From NCBI GenBank assembly GCA_020536535.1, contig JAHLWZ010000807.1, positions 62,001 through 126,000 of the forward strand: DNA of 64,000 nucleotides, written 5' to 3'. The translations under genes and the position numbers were made by a program. Source of the stretch: Pelomyxa schiedti (Eukaryota > Protista > Evosea). The number at the start of each line of letters is the position of its first letter. Positions within the stretch are counted from its first letter, which is position 1. Below the pieces are notes generated by a model, which was not told where the DNA came from, ran no database searches, and was given only the letters and a program-made list of their open reading frames with translations. Positions 23,401 to 35,064 of this stretch are shown one piece after another.

Positions 23401-26400
23401 GGTCTCAAATTTGGAACCCGGTTCCAGCAATTATGCATCATTTTTGCCAACTTTCTAAAATTCGAATGTTACATATGACTAAGCTACTGGGACTAACTTG
23501 GGACAATTATCTGGGATGGTGGGGCGAAGATCCTCTTGAGAGATCGCAATTTTAATATTTTGTTCCCGCCACTCTACACTAGTTCCTTTTTTCCGTGAGT
23601 ATTTCGGATTCTCGGCATATTCTGGGATCAATGTTAAACAAATCCTAAAATGTGACCTGGTACCGTCGTATGGATACATCCTTGTAACAAGTTCATAATA
23701 TACAATTCCAAGGCTGAAGATATCAGATTTTTCATCGTACTCTTCAGAGTGACAATCAATTACTTCTGGAGCTAACCACTAAAATAGTAAACAAAATATT
23801 ATTGGTATTATGGTTTGGATACCTGCCACGTGCTTAGGTTCCCGGCGACTTTTCCTGCCGCTCTAACACTAAGTCCAACTGTGGGCAAGTTAAGAAAACA
23901 ACCAAAGAATCTTATTGTGTTTCATTTATAACCCAAGCAAGTTGAGTTGAAGGATACAATCTGCAACTTTAGCTCTTACAGGTGCTTTAGGGTCAAAACA
24001 AAGCATCTGAAATTGTAAAGGGATAAAATGAAAACTACTCTACAAACAAATATGTTGGGACTCCGTAGATCTCTGTGGACGACTGGGGGCTTAAGTGTAT
24101 GCAAGTAGTACATTCCTATGGTGATGTCCAAGGCAAGAAGGAGTCGGAACCGCCAACTAAATTCCCGTTATGTTAACTAATTATGCATAGAATGTGAAAT
24201 AAACTTCATAGGGAAATTGTATGCTTCTTCTCCATTTGGGTAATCATCCAAAGCAGTTGTAAATGGTGGGGGAATGAAATCTTGGAATTATGAGTCGATG
24301 AATAAAAGTGGAGGATACCTTCTTGAGAATTAGCCGATTTGTGGAGGAGATCAAAAAGAGTGCCACAAGGAATGAATTCCATCACCATCATCGGAGGCGA
24401 CATACATACACCCAGGAGCTGTACAACATATGGGTTATCAAGGGCACTTGAAATATGTTAGGTGAATTTGAGACAACAACATTGTAACCTCATTAGCATA
24501 GCCTCCTTTCTAAATTCGGCAAATTTTTCTTTCGGATCATCACCCTCATGAAAGAGAAGCTCTTTGACGGCAACAACTTGCCCACTCAATTCCCCTTTTG
24601 CGAAAGATTGGTATTGCCGCCACTTACCCTCTTAGAAAACCTTTATAAACTTTTCCAAATCCTCCAGACGCGATCAAAGTGAGATTTGTCAAACTTTCTC
24701 TGCTAATTTGACCTTTTTGCCCAAGAGTAAGCTCTGGGGCAAGTTTGTCCAGTCTCAGTGGAATATTTTCGTTCTAAGGGGGTTACTGATTATTATAATG
24801 TTGTAGACGCACTTTGCAGATCAATGATTTATGAGATGATATGGATTCAACAACTTCATCCAACGTGAACTGGTGTGGTTGTGGTGTTGCTGGGTTGAGG
24901 GGGAGTGGACAATGGTTGCAAGTTATCAATCTTTGTAGCTCTAGCTGCACGGACCTTGGAATTATTAATCTAGTTTGCTGAAATGTATGCGCTTACTTGT
25001 AGAAGCATTCAACGGTAGTGTCCACACATTCCATGGTGTCAGTTAGGACATCTGGTCTCTTGTGAAAGTTAAACACAAGTCCTAGAATGTATCTACACAC
25101 AATATCTTGGTGTGCTCGAACTCTGACAAATAAACTAGGGTTGTTTCCTGATGTGCAATCAAAATAGATATATAAGGTCTGGCATCTGGCATCTTCAAAG
25201 AAATTTGTAAGCACTCTCTAAGGAGGAATCCCATACCAAAGGGAGTGAGAACCTCTAATCTAATATTGTTTTTCCAAAAAGCTTTTCTTCCAATGCCATG
25301 AAAATGAAGAATACGAACAAGAAGTCTTCCAAACAAGCCCATGGGCAAGCAAGGAAAGACAAACACCCTTTCTGCCCCAATAAACACTCAGGCAATATAT
25401 AAAATATACAAACCATATTGTATGAACTTGTCAAGAGGCGAGGCAGGCCAAATTTTTGCAGCATCTGGCGGTTCGTCATCAGGGAGAGCACTGATTTGCG
25501 TCAAACAAAAAAAAGGAGAAAAAACAAAGAAAACCAGGGTACAAGGAACCCCTCGCGACCATCACTCAAGGCTATTGGATGAATAATCAGGTACAGGGAC
25601 AAAAGATCTGTTGAAAGTTTAGCACTAAAAACGTGAAACTGATGACCTATTAAAGAATTGTGATCTCTGACATCATATTTGCCCCATATGTGGAGCAAAC
25701 AATCTCGAGCTATAAACCCATTTATAATCATCGTTGTCTTATTGTGTTGGCTATTACTCTATGTAAACAAACTACCTTGAATGTAATCATGGTGCACATC
25801 AAATCTTTGAAGTGGTATATCGAATTTATGTTAGTTATAATGGCCCCAAATAGGAAGAACTATGCCTGCCAAGTACTGGGGGTTCAGTACAACAAGTTTA
25901 CCAAGTTCTGAGTAACTGTTTTCATAAAAAATGATGGAACCAACAGAGTGGAGGAACTGTGCTGCCTTGTTTCTGGTGAGGCACATAAATTATTCCTGTT
26001 CCTTACTTGTTTGATTTTACTCTCATCCTCAATTTGGACTTGGTTAGCCAGTTCAACAAATTCATTCCAGTGGAGAGTATTAGAAGTTAACCGTTTGCGT
26101 GTTATTTCTTTGTCAAGGAGGATCCAGCTTCCAGGCACCTAAGACCTCTTAAAAGAATGATTTGGTGAATTCACGTCATACCCTCTCTCGAAGGACCATT
26201 TGCTTTGAAATGGAAGTTTTGATGATACAATTCTGCAAATCCCCAATTTTACCCTCCAAAGTACTAACAGGGATGCAGTCCACTAAAGACCCTATGCAGC
26301 GGAAAAATTTGAAGATGGACTGGCATGCAGCACGTGCGGAGTCTTCAGTGCAAAGGTCTGCATGTGTTCCAACTAGAATAACTGGAGGGGATGGAGGTTG

Positions 26401-28890
26401 CTTAACAGTGCGGGCGATTTGTCTGTAAGAGAAATTAGAATATGATTTCTGCGTTTCTGTCCAGTAACCTTAACCAATACTCTATTCTTAGAGTGTCTGG
26501 ATTTTGTATATTGAATAGAACAAGATAAAGTGCACGTCCAGTAAGGAAAAACTTGTGAAGAAATTAGCATATGAATGTTATGGAAGAATCAACTTGATGT
26601 GTTGGTAAAAAAACGCTTTGGCCTAACAATGGGTGTGTGTATTAGTTTCTGGGAAGATGAGATCAAATGTAGTACCTCCCAAGTCTGTTGAAAACAACAT
26701 TCAGTAAACGTAAGTTAAGAAAGATTATAAAGAAGCTACCCCAAACAGTAAATGTAACATCTTTAATCTGGAGATCTGTTATTTCAATTCCATCTGTTCT
26801 GAAGTGAGAGTTCTTCTGCTTTATTTATTATAGTACCTGTGGAAATTCCATTGTGTGTCAAGCCTTGAAACTTCTTTGTCAAAGTGGTTTTACCAACATT
26901 TTCCTTCATCAGAGTGAGCACATAACTGTTATATTGCCTTGCATACATACAGATCCAACAATCATCAACCTGACCCTATTCCAGCGAGTAATGCCGCTCA
27001 ATGCAAGTTCATCCAGGTAATCAGCCATTTCTTCTGATGAATTGCACTTTCGCATGTTTTCAAGTGGATTTGGCAAGTAGTGTAGTTTGTGATACCGGAC
27101 ATGACCAGCAAGGGTGAAGGGCAGAGCAGATAACTAGAGTTTGCAAAAAGGGAAGAAAGGCTTCTTATCAAAACCGGTACAAACTTTATTGTGTCCACAT
27201 GACAGTGTCATTTGTAGACAGTCACCCAGAGATTCGGGCAGACTTGTAAGATCATTATGTTCAAGCTTTGCATAATTAGGGCAATTGAGAAATTAGCCAA
27301 CATTTAGCTCAGTGAGCTCCAGGCACTTGGAAATTGTATCAGAGAGTGCAATCAACTTATTCCCTGTAGGGACGAAATGAGAAATCAAAAAGAAGAAAAA
27401 ATAACAAGAAAGCACACATGATAGGTCCAAAACTTTAAGGCATTTCGTTTCTTGGAAAAAGTTGTGGGGAACTTGTGATATTCTGTTATGTGACAGATTT
27501 AAAGTTGTTATTTGAGCGCCAAAGAGTTGCTCTAAGATGAATTGAGGGACCATATGAATCAAAGTGGTCATACCCACAGGTACCCCGGAGAGAAGGAGAA
27601 AAGGCATTGAGACATCTGGGGGAACTTTGGAAAACTGAGGCACACTTTCTGTTAGTAAATAAGTTCTCACTCCAATGCGGAAATGCTAACCTTGAGCCCA
27701 ATCAAATGCAGATTTTACAATATTGTTCTGGTACATAAACTGATAGGTGGGGTGTTGAATAAGTCCCCAATCTTGTACATGCGGATAATGACTGAATAGA
27801 TAAACAAAGGACTTCCGATCAAGCTTTTTGACTGTAATGACACTATGAAAACGAATTCCGCAGTAGTTGAAGGAAAACTTGTGAATAGGAGCATAATATC
27901 ATTCAATTTGATGTGTACATCAGCAAGTGTTTCATGTATCAGTTTATCAAGTTCTTCATAATGACTAGCATGTGATTTATGTCTTAGAAGAGCATTAATT
28001 TTTTCAGAGAAGACTGGTAAGGGCTCTTTAAGCAGGCCCGGCAATGAAGTTTTCCATGGTCGCCTTTTTCTCCTTAGACAGAAGGGGGTTGGGGAATCAC
28101 TACTTTTTGGGCATTTTCGAAACGTAATATACATCCTCAAAAAATTCCGTGACTGTGGTCTTGTCATCAATATTGAAACACCTCAACATATTGCACGTTT
28201 GATTATCCAAGGAATCTAAGATGTCCTTGAGGTCATTCCAGGCACTGCCATCCCCTTTTCCACCAACACCCACACATGGAAATGTTGTATCAGAAGTCCT
28301 AGGTGCTCTGGGGGTTGAAGGAACTGGCACTGCAGGGCGAAAATCAAGGCCACACAAAACCAATTTGCATTTTGAAGGTGTTGAATCTTCCAACTGTTGC
28401 ATTCTGTGATCTAGTGCGGCAACACCAGCAGGTTCACTCAAATGTGCCAAGTTAAATGCAAACACCACCACTTGCACACCACGAAATATGGATGATGAAC
28501 GCAGTGCAGAAGTTGATGGTTGAATTGATTCCACACTGGAACGTGGTGTTGTGGGAAGAACAGCATCAGGGGGCAGTGGCCCCATTTCAGTTGGTGCGTG
28601 GTGCATATATACAGTCATAGTGAAAGGTGCCTCCCCCTCAACAGTCATCTGCTTTGACACCCAACTCACATCTTACAAACCATAGTGTTAGGAAGTAATA
28701 GTAGTAAAAAGAAGAAATAAGTACAATAAAAAACAGAAACAACAAAAAAAAACCCCAGGTTGCACAGAAAAAGAATTTGTTCTGGATAAACCTGGGTTGA
28801 TAGTCCCGAAAGCGGAAACGAGTGACCTAACGGTTTCCTTGTCATCCCCGATTATGGTTACAATGATGTCCTCGGGTTTACGGGACTAAC
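20446..28890 (-). CDS. ROCO-family kinase (degenerate Ras-like domain - LRR - Roc - COR - TKL kinase - WD40-like - Ser/His-rich tail); 5' start approximate
   Basis: LRRs 'ITTLNLSHNRISQVP..LKVLDLS'. Roc P-loop after splicing 'RVRLMIVGS|ENVGKTTL' and 'ISTDGIEI'. COR motifs 'SWILLDKEI', 'FPCLPMGLFGRLLVRIL'. Kinase: 'VAVKEL', 'EFRKEAMLM', 'MVMEFIPCGTLFDLL', 'HRDLRSPN', 'RAKVADFGLS', 'WLAPE', 'SDIFSLGIV'. Large terminal exon 20446-~21990. Confidence 0.9.
23879..23957 (-). other. Putative U12-type (minor spliceosome) GT-AG intron in the ROCO kinase
   Basis: 5' splice site GTATCCTTC and branch-like TTTTCTTAAC followed by 10 nt to AG (TTGCCCACAG). Removal restores D-F-G (GAT T|TT GGA). At 79 nt it is longer than most neighbouring introns. 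Confidence 0.75.
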
Positions 28891-29339
28891 CAAGAGGTGT
28901 AAGTGTCAATCAAAATCATTTTGGTTTTTTGTTGTTGTCAAAGGGGAAGAAGGTTAAGGATTGGAGTGGTGTGGGGAAAAAAAAAACCAAAACAATGAAT
29001 AAAAAGTCGTAGTCGTAGAGGCAACACGCGCACCATTTTGTTTCGTGCACTTCGGCGCGTGAAAATTTTGTTTCCTTTATCTGTACTGCGAGTTTCGGGC
29101 CAACCTCTGAACCGCTGAATCTCATTGCTAGATTGAAGATCTTTGTTGGAATGCCAAACACAACGGTGCACAGCAATACGTGAGGGAGTGGGAATGTTGT
29201 TTTCAGAGTCTTGGATGAGAAAGTGACACAACTTCAAGGTCGTTAATTTGGCTTTCGAGTAAGAGCAATTCCCGGTCGATCAAACCGGCACACAAAACGA
29301 AAACACCAGCTTTTTTTTCCGCCCTCGCGATCAACGCTC

Positions 29340-32300
29340 ATGAGCAGCGACCAGGCTAGCGAATCTACGCCAAAAAGCGACAGTGAAGATACCGACGAAA
29401 GCAGCGGAAGCAGGACCGCAAGTAGATCTCATTCGCCAGCCTGTACTGTAACTGGCAGATCTGACGCTGTTCCGTTGGCCACTGAAAACGACGAAGATGT
29501 GCCTTGTACCGCCGTAGTCACTACTGCGGCAATTGCTACCGTAACGGTGATCGCGACTACTCCCGACCCGGAAGTGCTTACTCCAAAAGAACCGGTCGCC
29601 GTGGTGCCTGAAACACAAGAGCCAGTTCCCTCTGAAAGTACTGTTCAAAAGGAAGCTGAGAGCCCAACACAGAAAACAACCGACAACCACACGAGATCAC
29701 ACAGGCACCGGGCGTCACACACGGGACATCACAGGGAGCGAGAAACAAAAGAAGCTGAAACTAAAGATGGAGAGAAGGATGGAAACGGTGACCACTCCAA
29801 GGATCATGACACAAAACATCATAGGGACCATGACAGACACCACGGCGAGTCGCACAGTCGACGAAGAAACAGGAGATACAGTGGAGGTGGTGATGCCGAA
29901 AAGCCTCGTGCATGTCAGTCTCCTCCCGTACCTTTAGATGCCACACTGGTCGCGCATCAAACGAGGTCTAGAGCATCAACTTATGCTGGTGAAGATTTAG
30001 CAGCGGAACTGCAGATGATTGCAACCTCGGGATCTTCTCTAAAAGATGGCAATGAGCCAATAGAGCAAGTAGATGGCTCACATCTGGCAACATTAGATGT
30101 GGATGTAAATGCGAGCTCATCAACGGCTGCATCCACTGCTCCCACTTCTAGCGCAGCGGAGAATTTGCCAGATCCCACTGACAAAACTTCAGTCATTCCT
30201 CAAATCAACGTCACCTCAGAGCCGCTGGCATCCACTGATAGCAACTCAAGCTCACTTTCGTCATTGTCAACTGCCGCCGCTCCTTCCACTGGTGGATCCA
30301 GTACAAAGCCAACTTTGCAAGGTTTTCTTTTTTCCTTCTCGCAATACAAATCCCAACTGCTAGAAAAACAGGTACCGGGCTTTCTCTCCCACGCAGTGCA
30401 AATCAAGGATTTCTCCTTAGCTATTTTGGGAAGTCTGAACCGGGTGCTCATAACATTGATATAGAAAATGTTGTGCAAATTGCAGCTCACGCTACTAGGG
30501 CCGCCGTGAGTTTATTGAGTGCCCCTTCTTTATAACTTACTCTACTACTACCAAAACGTAAGGTTTTACTCCTCAGTGATGGAACCGTAGTATGTCTTCC
30601 TAATGGTCCCCCAGCTTGTGAAATCGGTAAAAACCAAAGCCGATTTCTTGTCAATATTCCTGCGCCGGAACCGATAACTCAAATTGCCTGCTCCACAGCT
30701 TATGTGTGTGCAATTGGAGCCAGTGGGAAGTTATACTTTTGTGAAGACTTGATGGCTCCCGCACCTGCCTTTTCATTCATCAATTTAACTGACGTAGTGG
30801 AAGTTCACGTTGGAAGTTATGGGCTGTTCGCTGCTGCGCTTCAGCAAGATGGGACGTTGTGGACTTGGGGTGCAGATCCACCTCCCCTTGGGGCGCCAAC
30901 TCCAAAGCGAGTGGAAGTGTTTTACCCTGCTGTCTCGAAATCAAAAGTAGATCCCCCACCTCCCCAAGAACAAGTTATCTTCAAGACTTTCGATTGTGGA
31001 GACAAGCATATAGCAGCTGTATCGGACAAAGGCGATGTCTGGATATGGGGAAGCAATCCTCACTCATGTTTGATAAAAGAGTGTCAGGATCCAATTATAT
31101 CCACTCCCCAGCTAGCACTTGACAAGCACAAGATTGCCCACATCTCATGTGGTCGTAATGTAACGTTTGCTTCCGGAGAAGATGGTAAAATCTGGTTCTG
31201 GGGTGATCCAGGCAATCACATTCTCCATCCACTACTTGCAAATGCAGGCTATCTAGGGTACCAGAAGCCTGTTGTACTAGGCTACCTTCCAGGTGGTGTG
31301 CGGATAAGCTGCGGAGTTAACCATTATGCTGCACTTAGTGAAACCGGGGATTTGTGGACATGGGGAAGCAGTGACCGAGCGCAATTAGGCTACATAACAC
31401 AAGCCGTTGTCACGGATTCTTTCGTTCAGGACAATCCACCGCAGTGTGTGGCCATACAAGTGAAACAAGTAGTTTGTGGTAGTTCATATACACTCATGCT
31501 TAGATACCCTCTAAAGCATTCCATGGACGTTTTAAGTGCTGTTACATTTGCAGCACATATGAGATCATCCTCTAATCTTAAGGATAGTCGGAGATCCGCC
31601 CCACCCATTCTGAATTCTTTAGTACAACCCACAACAACGTCGACACTGTCTCTCGCAGTGTCGCAGCTCGCTTCAACCTGTGCCCTGGCCACAACCCTCC
31701 ATATTAAGTCCACCACCACACCAGTCAATAATGCCCCCATGTCTGAGGAAGTGATATCCCTCTTTAAAACATCGCCATCCAAGGCAATCAAAAAGTTACT
31801 GGAACTGGGACTAATCACGAATGCTCCTCGGACACTTGCAACCTACCTCTTCAGTAACTGCGACCTTCTTTCTCCATCATCACTTGCCGATTTTCTCGGA
31901 TCGGAAGGCAGTGAACAAGTCTTGTCTGAATTCACTAATCTCATCAACCTCAGCCATTTGAATTTTGAAATGGCTCTCAGACGATTTATGTGGATCGCGC
32001 ATTTGCCTGGCGAGGCTCAGAAAATCGATAGGATGATGTCCTGTTTTGCAAGACATTACCTGGAAGTCGCAAGCGAAACTGGAATGTTCAAGAATAGCGA
32101 CGCTATATACATTCTTGCAGTAACGTTCCATTATCCCCCGCTGTTGAATTGTCAGTCCACTAACCCTTGCATACTTACTCTTTGACAGTTTTCCTGTATA
32201 ATGCTGACGACGTCTTTCACAAAACAACAATGCGGGTATCCACCTCCCACAATGGACAAATGGATAAGCGGAAATAACGATACCGAAGCAGCCGGTCTTC

Positions 32301-32711
32301 CAAGGTAGCGAGCCCTTTTCAATAACTCTCAGGATTGAACTGAACTTTCCAAGGGACTTCCAAGAGCACCTCTACAACCAAATAGCGGACACCCCATTCG
32401 ATGCCGGCACTCCCTCCAGCAAATTCCTAGTGATGCAAGGGATTCTGTCCCAGCCTCAGCGAGTCTTCCTCAAGACCACGTCCTGCCACCTCAACCACAA
32501 CAACTTCTACCAAGGAGACACCAAAATACCACTCTCCACCATCATAGCCATCAAGCAAGCCGGGGCCACATTCACCATCAAGCTTGCCGACGGCAAGGAT
32601 AGGGTGTTTGAGGCCAAGACAGTTTACACCGCCAACACCTGGATCAACGCCTTCCGCACCGTTTGCTCCAAAACAACTGCGATTACCACCCTCCCAGCCT
32701 CAGGCCCTTGA
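29340..32711 (+). CDS. ArfGEF with RCC1 repeats, Sec7 domain and C-terminal PH-like domain; long low-complexity N-terminus
   Basis: RCC1 repeats: 'FDCGDKHIAAVSDKGDVWIWGSN', 'ISCGRNVTFASGEDGKIWFWG', 'ISCGVNHYAALSETGDLWTWGSSDRAQLG', 'VVCGSSYTL'. Sec7 'ALRRFMWIAHLPGEAQKIDRMMSCFARHY...DAIYILA' with the catalytic Glu intact. PH-like 'IPLSTIIAIK..FTIKLADGKDRVFEAKTVYTANTWINAF'. Confidence 0.88.
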
Positions 32712-32977
32712 CCTCACATTCACTTCATACCATGCCCATACTGTACCCTTTAAGTTTTTTTTTATTTTTCAACTCGTTTCTGTTCCTGTGGTGCAGGGGA
32801 AAATGCTAAGAACTTCATTACACCACGCCACACATTTTTTTTTGTGGCAAACAATTTCCAACTTGGTTCTCAACATGTCATTTGGGTAAACGAGCTTGCC
32901 CCAAATTTCCGGCAACAAAAAGGCCAGCGATCGAAAAGTAATCAGAAAAAGAAAAAAAAAAACCGTAAAACACAAAG

Positions 32978-34805
32978 ATGATAGGGTCGACAGCCGTATT
33001 ACCAAGTGAGCATTGTGTTTGTTGAATGGTTTTTGTTATTAATTTTGTGGTTGGGTAGTTCCTGCTACATCCGGAATTGCGAGCGGGGCGAGTTACGCAG
33101 ATGCTGTAAATGCACTGGAACAACTGGACAAGATTGTGGACTCTCTGTTTGGTCACCTCTCACAAAAGGTTACCGAACAGAGCAACAGGCTTGGCTCGGC
33201 TGCTTCCAGGATAATATCCATGAAGGTCCCTTTTTCACCCTTTGATTTTATTTTTTTTTTTTGCTCAATTGGTTGTTGTGGTTGTTCTTTTTGACGCTGT
33301 TATTGTATGCATTGAGATAAACTTACATGTCTTCGTTTCAGAATAGAATCACTCGTTTGTCGGAAGAAAAGGATCGCGCTGTTGTTGTACGCTCGCCTGC
33401 AACACACCCGAATCCTCACCCTGAGGGGTTATTGCCTTCACTGTTCTCTGGCTATGTCCCACCACCTGTGACGCGCTGTGCGAAATTTCCTCACAGGCAG
33501 CAGGTTATTGTAAGTTGTCCTTCTAAAAAAGCCAATGCACTTACATGAGGTTTAGGTAGATAGAATAGACGAGGATCCCATTACCTCCAGTCAACGTATT
33601 GCCCCTCTTTTGTATGAAATTCAGCAGGCAGCCATTGGTGCTCCAGTATCGGATGGCCTTGGTATTTTCTTCTCTTCTCTTCATTTCTTTCCTAATTTCC
33701 CGAAATTAGGCGCCGTCAGTGAGGCAACTACCTCGATCTCCAGCCTGGTGCTGTTCAACTCTTCTATTACGCCAAATACAAACAACGCCTCCTGTGACAA
33801 CTTGCGTACGAGATTCTCCAAAGAGGTTCGCCCTATGCTAAAAGTACCAACTCCTCAAATTCCTCCTGCCCCATCCAGTTTGTTGACTGAAATGGTATGA
33901 ATCTTTGTGTTTTCGGTTAACTGACATGAATCCAGAAAGAATTCCACTCCCGGTATATCGTGGAATTACCACCAGCTGAAAAAGCCCCCAAATTGTTATT
34001 ACCAGACATGCTAGGCCTCACCAATGCCGCTAAAGTTTGTGATTTTGGAGAAGGTATGTCTCATCCTGAGGCGTGGACAACTTGTTCATCCAAAAATCCA
34101 GATGAGGATGCCTCTGAGGATTCCCAAGTCCAAATTCCTCCTCCTGAGGAAGCTCTCCCAGTTCCCAATAAACCAACTGTTACCCCACAACCAGCAACAT
34201 ATACTGAAAAGGTAGTGATTCCACCACCTGTGGCAACGAAGGCAACTTTACCTGTCCCACCAGCTGTTCCTCAGCCCCAACCAACACCAGGTTTCAAGGC
34301 AACCCCCCCACAGAAGCAAATCCCGCCCCCTACAGCCACGCCCCCGCAGAGCACCCCCTCCCGCCTTGTCCCACCTCTCGCTCCTTTCTCCGCCGCGCCC
34401 GCCAGTTCCGCCGCGGCCACTGCAGGCCCTCGCCCTTTGGCCTCCGCCTCGGGGCCCACCGGCACTGCCGCTTATGTGATTCCTGCAGCCCCTCCACCTC
34501 CCAAGAAGTGGCCCCTGTCTCGTGAACTCCTGCAGCCTGCCGCTGCACCCCCACAAAGCTTCCAGCAGCAGTTGGCAGACAAAATAGCACTGAGGCAACA
34601 CCACAAGGATGTAGCCCCCCCTCTGGAATCGCCCCCATCACAGCAACAGCAACGCCAACGGCAGCAGCAGCAGCAACAACAGGAGCAACAAACAGTGAAG
34701 GCTCCCCCTTCAATGACAGGCACCTGGGCCCAAATATCTGCCAAAATCATCCCCCGCAGAGAAGCCGTTGCTGATTCTGATGACGAGCAGGACGACGATT
34801 TCTAA
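32978..34805 (+). CDS. WASHC1: WASH complex subunit 1 (WASP-family nucleation-promoting factor)
   Basis: WAHD-type N-terminus 'NALEQLDKIVDSLFGHLSQKVTEQSNRL...AVVVRSPATHP', 'DGLG|AVSEATTSISSLVLFNSSITP', 'LLLPDMLGL'. Pro-rich middle. WH2-like 'FQQQLADKIALR' and C/A-like end 'WAQISAKIIPRREAVADSDDEQDDDF*'. Confidence 0.85.
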
Positions 34806-35064
34806 ATAGTAATGAAACGAAAAAAAATCAATGATTTAAGGGCCTCTATGTGCCAACCCATGATGATCCTCTTTAATCTACTTTTTTGGCTGGAAGACAA
34901 GTTGCCACTAAGAGGCCCTTGAAGAGAAGTACAGCTGCACCAGGAGAAAAGTTTTAATGGGAGGTTGTACTGTTGGGAGTTTCATCAAATTTGTTTTCCT
35001 GCAACAAAGTTTCTACTGAAAGTCAAGGTATTTTATTTTACATGGCTGGTTACAAGTGCCAGCT

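Noticed and set aside
24281-24318. Second U12-like donor (GTATCCTC) in the ROCO kinase
   Set aside because: The 38-nt intron has no TTCCTTRAC-like branch point and is best read as an ordinary U2 intron.
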